Shown here piece after piece: positions 26,201-32,000 of a stretch of 32,000 bases of DNA. The stretch lies in the NCBI GenBank assembly GCA_047623705.1, contig JBLHOW010000002.1, forward strand, positions 30,991-62,990, given 5' to 3'. Position numbers and translations under genes: made by a program. Every line of letters starts with the position of its first letter. Positions within the stretch are counted from its first letter, which is position 1. The notes below the pieces were generated by a model. It searched no databases and was not told where the DNA came from. It worked only from the letters and a program-made list of their open reading frames with translations. The stretch is from Crocinitomix sp. Lineage in GTDB: Bacteria > Bacteroidota > Bacteroidia > Flavobacteriales_D > Crocinitomicaceae.

Positions 26201-27466
26201 CAACCTGGACATTATGATGATAATCAAGTCTTAGATAAGACTGACCAATTGTACGAACAAATGTTAGACGGTGGAATTGCACCCTTTAAATTTGTGTCAC
26301 AAGGAGTTTATGGGGGTCCATTCGGATTTCCAGCTGATGATCCAAATACATCTTGGTATCGAACAAATGAATCATGGTTTATTGGGTCGGATGCCATTCA
26401 AAAAACCATTTCATTAGATGAACTACATGATGTGGATATTATCATCACAACAGATAAGTCAAAATGGTCCAGATGTCCGGTAATAGAAATTAATGATAAC
26501 CCAATTAATACCGAACATGGTGATTATGTATTACAACCACGTAGTGATGCGTCTGTTGATAAACAAGGATTGTCTGCGGCAGAAGGTGGAGTAGCGAGTG
26601 AAGCGAATTTAACGGATGAAACCGGTATGGGTTGGTTCCCTGGCTATGCACTAGATGTGAGCACAGGTGCACGTTTAAATATGGTATTTGCCGAAAACTC
26701 GTGGTTAGTAGGTGATAATGGTGATGACATGATTTGGAACCCTACATCAAGTTACAGCGACAATGCGGGTAATCCATTATTTGGAGGGATGCATTACGTT
26801 TACGTTTTTGGTGAAAACTTAGAGGGTTCTGGTAAATCTCCTGCATATGATCATGGTAAATGGTTACGCGAACGTTTTGAACCTGAATTGGACGACGCAG
26901 ACAAAAGACAAGAGTATAGAAAAGCGTGGAAAACGTGTTTATGGGTAACTGAACCAATGTTGGCAGAAAATCAAGATTTACTTGCAACTGATGTGAAGAT
27001 AAGCGCAAGAATTAATATGCCATATGTTGAACGTGATGTGAATGGTGAAAATGAGGGCTTTCCAATGTATCAATTTGGATTTGAAAATCCTTCCTATACC
27101 AATGATGCGGATCGATTGATTTCAGTAATTGATAACATCAATGTTGTACCAAATCCGTACTACGCTTATAGTTCATATGAAACTAACAAACGTGATAATC
27201 GAATAAAGTTCACCAACTTACCTGAGCGCTGTGAAGTAACGATTTTCAATATGCAAGGTGCCTTAGTGCGTAGGTTCGTTAAAAATGATCCCTTAACCTC
27301 AATCGATTGGGATTTGCGTAATCACCAAAGTATCCCAATTGCTGGCGGTGCCTACATCATTCACGTGAAAATTGAAGTGCCAGACGAGAATGGAGAACTT
27401 GTTGAACATGAAAAGATTTTGAAATGGTTCGGCGTTCTAAGGAAACCTGATTTAGATAATTTATAG
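23225..27466 (+). CDS. giant secreted protein of unknown function, copy 2 (1413 aa), paralogue of 17514-21734
   Basis: Signal peptide MKKSILIVFALLSANLVFA. Collinear with copy 1 along its whole length; about two-thirds identical in the segments I aligned by eye, with near-identical blocks (HWWVFNDKGNIHTETGGEPIGMEIRAQAFSFATDDEVNDMTFYNYELINRGTQTL; NLPERCEVTIFNMQGALVR; HEKILKWFGVLRKPDLDNL). Confidence 0.85.
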   Translation: MKKSILIVFALLSANLVFADIFINSRNAVAPSDSRAATCSPASEKVFMELNNVRAIVETAGFLWEDRATSSAGYEYPKGSNSFVIFSGALWMGGEDENGQLKIAAHRYRQEGNDFWAGPLQQLDQGNGNYDPAIPQESDVNLTRPYGAARIADSFCDEYDKFFTIRKVEVEEFVRWWNCDRGYSSEEDCEEVEYPSQELMDKIENWPAHGDESIGQDKYLAPFYDNSTPGNPANGVYNPKDDGDYPWFDLEGDVSCKNDRRVTLYGDETHWWVFNDKGNIHTETGGEPIGMEIRAQAFSFATDDEVNDMTFYNYELINRGTQTLKNTYFGQYVDPDIGLATNDYVGCDVKRGLGYCYNAEVNDIGQGSQTPYGNNVPAVGIDFFEGPYQDKDNIDNPIYKTVADSTEPIALMPRVFAEKGIPYSGLGIGYGDGIIDNERFGMQRFVYYNNSTADNGDPQTAGEHYNYMKGLWRNGQAMTYGDNGFSPSSSNVPTRFMFPGDSDPLGWSTYPAAVPSPTDWSEISADTDPQDRRFIQSAGPFELKPGAVNNITVGVVIGQSSETDVEAPIRALKRADTKAQDLFDNCFEVLEPPLPPVLTIQEMENELLLFLSDPVGVAPLEDYEAEDFRIKTPDELLDSGIVYNNKFSFEGFQIYQMRDAITSITDIGNLDKARLIAQTDVINGVGTLVNYTYDEEFGLSIPAVMVEPAGEFPLDGGIRRSFTVTEDLFALEDRGLVNHKKYYFLAVSYAQNQFLEYVADDPIGIYGQKQPYLRSRITARGSSIESVIGIPHDPSPEANGRVFTTSYGFQPEITLIEGLGNGGAFTELSKETVTQILANGKVLNPTYQSGAGPIDVKVIDPLNLKGGQYTLGFGRDSASLNEDTYWIERLSEGQRDTIFSQKEISVAREQLILEWGISVRINQNYYTGTIANPFTEPIGATISFLDSSKRWLSFVQDDDNFYPSNWILTGNSDEYDADNDDNPENVPARWIYQPGHYDDNQVLDKTDQLYEQMLDGGIAPFKFVSQGVYGGPFGFPADDPNTSWYRTNESWFIGSDAIQKTISLDELHDVDIIITTDKSKWSRCPVIEINDNPINTEHGDYVLQPRSDASVDKQGLSAAEGGVASEANLTDETGMGWFPGYALDVSTGARLNMVFAENSWLVGDNGDDMIWNPTSSYSDNAGNPLFGGMHYVYVFGENLEGSGKSPAYDHGKWLRERFEPELDDADKRQEYRKAWKTCLWVTEPMLAENQDLLATDVKISARINMPYVERDVNGENEGFPMYQFGFENPSYTNDADRLISVIDNINVVPNPYYAYSSYETNKRDNRIKFTNLPERCEVTIFNMQGALVRRFVKNDPLTSIDWDLRNHQSIPIAGGAYIIHVKIEVPDENGELVEHEKILKWFGVLRKPDLDNL

Positions 27467-27537
27467 TCTCAGTCAACTCCTAATCACACGGGCTTTAATG
27501 CTAGGATAGGTAAAATTTATTTCATATATTTGTTATT

Positions 27538-27565
27538 CAAGAGAGTCTTAACAAGGGCTCTCTTG
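27538..27565 (+). terminator. hairpin between giant copy 2 and greA (possible terminator or greA leader element)
   Basis: CAAGAGAGTC (27538-27547) pairs with GGCTCTCTTG (27556-27565): 10 bp with one G-U and an 8-nt loop. It is followed only by TT, lies 72 nt after the stop at 27466 and ends 23 nt before the greA ATG. Confidence 0.4.
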
Positions 27566-27587
27566 TTACGTTATAAAAACATTAAAG

Positions 27588-28061
27588 ATGTCAGAATTAG
27601 ACTATTATACGCAAGAGGGATACGATAAATTGAAGGCTGAATTAAAGCACATGAAAACTGTGCTTCGTCCTAGCCTTTCCGAACAAATTGGAGAAGCTAT
27701 TGATAAAGGAGATTTATCAGAAAATGCAGAATATGATGCCGCTAAAGAAGCTCAAGGGTTATTAGAAGCAAAAATAAATAAATTAGAAAACGTTGTTTCC
27801 AACGCACGGGTATTAGATGATTCGGACTTGGACACATCTAAGGCGCTAATTTTGAGTAATGTCAGAATTAAGAACGTAGGCAACGGAATGGAATTAACCT
27901 ACACCTTAGTTGCCGAAAATGAAGCTGACCTTAAGGCGAAGAAAATATCGGTAGACTCTCCAATAGGAAAAGGGCTTTTAGGTAAAGAAGTTGGTGATCT
28001 TGCCGACATTGAAGTGCCAAATGGGGTAATGCAATTTGAAATTTTAGAAATCACTAGATAA
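27588..28061 (+). CDS. greA: transcription elongation factor GreA
   Basis: 157 aa. The N-terminal coiled-coil YTQEGYDKLKAELKHMKTV.RP...IGEAIDKGDLSENAEYDAAKEAQG..EAKI..LE and the C-terminal ISVDSPIGKGLLGKEVGD are typical of GreA. Confidence 0.95.
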   Translation: MSELDYYTQEGYDKLKAELKHMKTVLRPSLSEQIGEAIDKGDLSENAEYDAAKEAQGLLEAKINKLENVVSNARVLDDSDLDTSKALILSNVRIKNVGNGMELTYTLVAENEADLKAKKISVDSPIGKGLLGKEVGDLADIEVPNGVMQFEILEITR

Positions 28062-28456
28062 TGGCTTCAATTTTTACTAAAATCATCAACGGAGAAATTC
28101 CAGCGCATATAGTTGCTGAGAACGATAAATTTTTCGCTTTTCTAGATATTTCACCTTTACAGAAAGGGCACACGTTGGTGATTCCAAAAAAGGAAGTGGA
28201 CTATATTTTTGATGTGGAAGATGAGTTGTTGGGAGAGATGATGATTTTCGCAAAACAAGTTGCGCGCAAAATAAAAATAGTGTTTCCATCCTTCAATCGA
28301 ATTGGCGTAACAGTGATCGGTTTAGAAGTGCCGCATGCTCATATCCATTTAGTGCCAATTAATCAAATGGCAGACATGAATTTTTCAAATGAAAAACTTA
28401 GTCTATCTCAAGATGAATTAGCGAAAATTGCTTTCGATATAAGAGCAGCTAAATAA
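28061..28456 (+). CDS. HIT-family (histidine triad) nucleotide hydrolase
   Basis: 131 aa. N-terminal IFTKIINGEIPA, FLDI.P...GHTLVIPK and the histidine triad HAHIHLVP. The start overlaps the greA stop (TAATG). Confidence 0.92.
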   Translation: MASIFTKIINGEIPAHIVAENDKFFAFLDISPLQKGHTLVIPKKEVDYIFDVEDELLGEMMIFAKQVARKIKIVFPSFNRIGVTVIGLEVPHAHIHLVPINQMADMNFSNEKLSLSQDELAKIAFDIRAAK

Positions 28457-28490
28457 TTGGACCAAATTTAAATACAAATTATTGAACATA

Positions 28491-28530
28491 AAAAAAGCCC
28501 AGTTGCACATTTGCAACTGGGCTTTTTTTT
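28491..28530. terminator. bidirectional rho-independent terminator shared by the convergent HIT gene and the 28544-29671 gene
   Basis: AAAAAA, then GCCCAGTTGCA (28497-28507), loop CATT, TGCAACTGGGC (28512-28522), then TTTTTTTT. This is an 11-bp GC-rich perfect stem with an A-tract upstream and a T-tract downstream. Confidence 0.9.
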
Positions 28531-28543
28531 ATCCAGTATATTC

Positions 28544-29671
28544 TTATTTTTTCTTCTTCTTTTTGTCGTCTTTCTTATCGTCGTTAGTCGGAACAACTGC
28601 TTTCTTCTCATCTTCCAATTCGCCCTTCTCAATTTTCTTTACCATTAATTTACCCGTAGCATTATCGACATAAGCTGTGTAAATAATATTACGATATTCA
28701 CAAGATGCTAATGATTTAGCTTTCTTATCAGAAAGGTTATTGACTGCACCCCAAACTCCTCTTTTATTGTTTTTAAGGTATTGTGGAATACCAGTACTAC
28801 TTAAAGAAGTGAAGAAATAGTATTCAGAAATATTTAAATTATAATTGGCTTTACCCAATTCAAATGGAGCTTCAGCATCTGCAGCATCTTCAATAGTTTC
28901 CCATTTTTTTGCTAAATCTTCTAAAGAAATAATAACAGGACCAGTTGTGGTAGAATAAGTTATATAAGCCTTGTTCTCAATAAATTCAAAATCATCAATT
29001 CTTGCTATATCTTCCAATTTGATTTTTTTTGTCAAATCCTTCCACTCATTCATGTCTTCAATCAATTGGTCAACTTCTTTAATGAGAATACCTTCTGCAT
29101 CCATCACCGCCATGTACAAATCACCACGAAAATTTGCCGCAAGTTTATAAGACTTTACGCCTTCAATTGGCATAACGTCAACATCATACCACGTTTCATC
29201 TAAAAGCGAAAACATACGAATCATTTCATAGTCCTTGTCTTCAAAAAGAATATATGGTTCTTCTCCAATTACAGAAAATTCTGGATTAGTTACATTTCCA
29301 GTACCAAAATCTTCTTCACCAACAAATTCCCATTTATCATCAATTGCTCTAATTACAGACATTTTATCGTCATAATAACAAAAAACATAAGGAACTGCTT
29401 TGTAAGCAAAAATTTCAAGCGCTTTCAATTTGAAAATGCCTTCAATTGGTGTTTGATCAAACTCTTCCCATTTCCCTCTATAGAAACGCCTTACCCTTAA
29501 TTTCCCATCCTCTACGGAGGCAACATGAATGGATCGGCCTACTTCCTCAATGTCTATTTTATCTAATACTGTATTGTCAGAAACATAGCCACCGCCATAT
29601 TCTTCCACGATTTGAGAATTTGCATTTATAAAGCTAAAGCTTAAAATCAATGCGAATAAAATCTTTTTCAT
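28544..29671 (-). CDS. secreted repeat protein of unknown function with poly-Lys/Asp C-terminal tail (375 aa)
   Basis: I prefer the ATG at 29671 (MKKILFALILSFSFINANSQ, signal peptide) to the track start at 29719. Recurrent ~45-55-aa units end in a Trp motif (GKWEEF, DKWEFVG, ETWYDV, NEWKDL, KKWETI, GVWGAV). The tail is EDEKKAVVPTNDDKKDDKKKKKK. Confidence 0.7.
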   Translation of the reverse strand: MKKILFALILSFSFINANSQIVEEYGGGYVSDNTVLDKIDIEEVGRSIHVASVEDGKLRVRRFYRGKWEEFDQTPIEGIFKLKALEIFAYKAVPYVFCYYDDKMSVIRAIDDKWEFVGEEDFGTGNVTNPEFSVIGEEPYILFEDKDYEMIRMFSLLDETWYDVDVMPIEGVKSYKLAANFRGDLYMAVMDAEGILIKEVDQLIEDMNEWKDLTKKIKLEDIARIDDFEFIENKAYITYSTTTGPVIISLEDLAKKWETIEDAADAEAPFELGKANYNLNISEYYFFTSLSSTGIPQYLKNNKRGVWGAVNNLSDKKAKSLASCEYRNIIYTAYVDNATGKLMVKKIEKGELEDEKKAVVPTNDDKKDDKKKKKK

Positions 29672-29843
29672 TTCTATTTTTTTTTCGAAGATAATTAAAA
29701 TACTTAAAATTGAGTTCATCCCAATTTTGTTTTACACAGTATCTGGTCTGAAATAGACGTAAAAGTTCAATTGTAATTTACTTATAATTCTGAACAGACA
29801 CTACTTTCTTTAAAACCCTAATTGCAATCGTCATACCAAACTG

Positions 29844-30602
29844 CTATAAGTCGCTCCGCTTCTTGAATATGTCTTCAAAATTTGGTTTCTTATATTTGGA
29901 TAGTTTACAAATCAATTCGTTTTCTAACGTTATTGTTAATTGAGATTTTGAATAAGTTTTAACACGACTCGTATTCACCAACCAAGATTTATGCGATCTG
30001 AAAAATGTGTCGTTTTCGCCCAACAAGTTTTCAAAATGCTTTAAATTTTTACTCACCATATATTTTTCACCGTTCATTAAGTGGATGGTCGAATAGGCCT
30101 CCTTCGCTTCAAAAGCCAAAATAGATGAGATTGAAATTATTTTTTGAGATCCTGAATGAGGAATAATAATTTTAGTTAGGGACGGACTGTTTATATTCTC
30201 TTTTAAAGCCGTGTATGATTTATGGGAGTTTGTTCGATTTTGTTTTTCCGCAAATCGCTCAACTGAAAGTTTCAATCGCTCAATTGTAACAGGCTTTAAC
30301 AAATAGTCCACCGCTGAAACTTCAAACGCTTTAATGGCATATTGATCGTAGGCCGTAACAAAAATAATTTCAAAATCTATTTCATCAAAAAATGAAACGA
30401 TTTCATACCCCGCATAATTAGGCATCTCAATGTCAAGAAAAACCAATGCCGGTTTATGTTTTTTAATGGACTCAACAGCCTCTTTTAATCCTTTGCATTT
30501 ATCTACTATGCGCAGTTGTGGACAATAGCGTAGAACTAATCCAGATAAAATCTCCCTTGCACTTCTCTCGTCATCAACAATAATTGCGTCGTGTGTGGTC
30601 AT
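29844..30602 (-). CDS. two-component response regulator, receiver + LytTR DNA-binding domain
   Basis: AIIVDDE...ALVFLDIEMP...FVTAY...A....DYLLKP is a receiver domain with the phospho-acceptor Asp. The C-terminal half (I..I.AFEA...Y..IH....KY.V...L..FE..L....FFR.HKS.LVN) is LytTR-type. Confidence 0.9.
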   Translation of the reverse strand: MTTHDAIIVDDERSAREILSGLVLRYCPQLRIVDKCKGLKEAVESIKKHKPALVFLDIEMPNYAGYEIVSFFDEIDFEIIFVTAYDQYAIKAFEVSAVDYLLKPVTIERLKLSVERFAEKQNRTNSHKSYTALKENINSPSLTKIIIPHSGSQKIISISSILAFEAKEAYSTIHLMNGEKYMVSKNLKHFENLLGENDTFFRSHKSWLVNTSRVKTYSKSQLTITLENELICKLSKYKKPNFEDIFKKRSDL

Positions 30603-30651
30603 TTGTTAACTTGTTTTGTGTGTCTTATAATTAATGTCGGTGTATACTCAA

Positions 30652-32000
30652 TTAATGGGTTGGTTTAAATGGTAAACTAATGACAACAGTCGTTCCTGTT
30701 GCCTTTAGATCAGATTTTAGATCGATATAAGTGACACCTAAATTATTTCCATAAACCTGACGCAATAATTTAAAGCGCTCTTCTATAGAGTTTAATGCAA
30801 ATGAAGTGTGATTTTTTATGCGTCTTTTTTGAATTTCTTGCGAGGCCTCTCGTCCAATTCCATTGTCACTTATCGTGCAAATCAAATCTTCTTTTAATTT
30901 AAATTGAACCCGCAAATGTTTGGGCCCTTCTTTATGAAATAACCCATGCTTAATAGAATTTTCAATAAAGGGTTGAATGAGTAGCGGTGGAATTAATATA
31001 TGATTGATGCCGATTGACTCAAATTCAATTGTCAAATCATTGTCAAAGCGCAATTTTTCTAATTCTAAATACAATTGCAATGAGGTAATTTCATCCTCAA
31101 TATCAATAAATTCTTGACTAGAATGATTTAACGTATTACGGATTAAATCAGCAAATTTCGCAATATAATTGTATGACTCTTCTGTGTCTTCTTTTAAAAT
31201 TAAGTCTTGAATAGAGTTCAAAGCGTTAAAAGTAAAGTGCGGATTCATTTGCGATTTCAAAGAAGTCATTTGGTGGTGAGACATTTCTTTTTGTTGCCGT
31301 TCAATTTGAATCTTTCGATTTAAGCGATACCGATTAAAGATGAGGATAATGATAAAAATAAGCAAGACAAAAGCTGCAACAGTAATTACAATAGCAATGG
31401 TTAGTAGCTTATTCCGGTCCGTTTCGAAATCATTCTCCAGTGCTAATGAATTAATTTGAGAAATTTTTTCATCAACATTAAACTTAATCTGCAACATTTC
31501 TAAACGCGAGTCTCGATCCTGTGCTGCAACTTCAGCAGAAAGATTGATATATCTGGCTTGATATTCTGAAGCTTTATCGAATTGTTTTTCCTCCGTATAA
31601 ATTTGGGTGCAGGCCTTATAAATGCCAAGTAATCTTAAATTGATATTTTGTTTAATGCCAATCTCTTCAGCATTATGGTAATAATAAAGGGACGAATCAT
31701 GCTCCCCCATATCATAGAAAATCTGTCCTTTTCTATATTGTCCAACACATGCTAGGTTTGAAGCTCCAGAATCATTTGACAAAAGGATTGATCGTTCGGC
31801 CATTTCTATTGCTTCCGGATATTTGTGTTGAAGCCTATAAACATCTGAAAAATTTAAATAGCAAGAGTTAACACTTAAATTATATCCAATTTTCTGGCCT
31901 AAATCCAAACATTGCTCCATATAGATAATGGCATTGTCATAATCCTTAGCAAGAATATAGATATAGGCCGTAACTAGTAAATTGTCGCAATGCATGTATG
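30652..32000 (-). CDS. sensor histidine kinase (TPR repeats + TM + LytS/YehU-type His_kinase + HATPase), N-terminus beyond the window end
   Basis: MNPHFTFNALNSIQ is the PF06580-type phospho-acceptor region, and LIPPLLIQPFIENSIKHG plus SDNGIG are ATPase N/G boxes. There is one TM segment (LLTIAIVITVAAFVLLIFIIILIF). The upstream TPR-like repeats (A..Y...A.......Y..A) remain in an open frame to position 32000, so the listed Met at 31995 is probably internal. Confidence 0.88.
   Translation of the reverse strand, partial: YMHCDNLLVTAYIYILAKDYDNAIIYMEQCLDLGQKIGYNLSVNSCYLNFSDVYRLQHKYPEAIEMAERSILLSNDSGASNLACVGQYRKGQIFYDMGEHDSSLYYYHNAEEIGIKQNINLRLLGIYKACTQIYTEEKQFDKASEYQARYINLSAEVAAQDRDSRLEMLQIKFNVDEKISQINSLALENDFETDRNKLLTIAIVITVAAFVLLIFIIILIFNRYRLNRKIQIERQQKEMSHHQMTSLKSQMNPHFTFNALNSIQDLILKEDTEESYNYIAKFADLIRNTLNHSSQEFIDIEDEITSLQLYLELEKLRFDNDLTIEFESIGINHILIPPLLIQPFIENSIKHGLFHKEGPKHLRVQFKLKEDLICTISDNGIGREASQEIQKRRIKNHTSFALNSIEERFKLLRQVYGNNLGVTYIDLKSDLKATGTTVVISLPFKPTH

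Noticed and set aside
17514-27466. The two giant genes as a recent duplication or assembly artefact
   Set aside because: The nucleotide sequences differ extensively, including at synonymous positions inside identical peptide blocks, and the flanking contexts differ.
27588-28456. The greA-HIT one-nucleotide overlap as something unusual
   Set aside because: TAATG coupling of small housekeeping genes is commonplace. Both proteins look canonical.
28482-28673. Plus-strand ORF MNIKKAQLHICNWAFFYPVYSYFFFFFLSS... (63 aa)
   Set aside because: It starts inside the bidirectional terminator hairpin and reads the antisense of the poly-Lys tail (TTT/CTT runs). It is an artefact.
1-32000. Looked for CRISPR arrays, tRNA/rRNA/tmRNA, transposases, integrases, phage genes or defence-system enzymes
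   Set aside because: I saw no spaced direct repeats, no tRNA-like cloverleaf or T-loop motifs, and no ORFs with recombinase, nuclease or ATPase defence signatures. The window appears to be chromosomal core plus surface-protein genes.

Overview
The window looks like a chromosomal segment from a low-GC Bacteroidota (probably Flavobacteriia-like) genome. The basis is the many proteins ending in PNP-type T9SS C-terminal sorting domains, TAnnTTTG-type -7 boxes, and the absence of Shine-Dalgarno-like spacing.

Left third, minus strand (1-10601): a co-directional array of predicted T9SS cargo, with one cytoplasmic enzyme embedded.
- Three tandem FG-GAP-like propeller paralogues. The first is partial and missing from the ORF track.
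- A CotH-family protein with LTD and chitobiase-like domains.
- A PcrB/GGGPS-family prenyltransferase, tightly coupled to its neighbours.
- A Kelch propeller.

Middle (10729-13565): a 4'-phosphopantetheinyl transferase, ahcY, a small lipoprotein and a tiny polybasic ORF.

Main finding (13739-27466, plus strand): an outer-membrane gene module for which I know no described function.
- A 1246-aa CarboxypepD_reg-plug-barrel, TonB-dependent-receptor-like protein.
- A 1406-aa secreted Cys-patterned protein with an atypical T9SS-CTD-like end.
- A PorV/PorQ-family barrel.
- A hairpin-dense 379-bp spacer.
- A 1413-aa paralogue of the giant protein.

Right end: greA, a HIT hydrolase, a secreted repeat protein with a poly-Lys tail, and a LytTR response regulator with a TPR/LytS-type histidine kinase that is partial at the window edge.

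I saw no rRNA, tRNA, CRISPR, transposase or integrase. All functional calls come from reading motifs by eye; no database search was possible.
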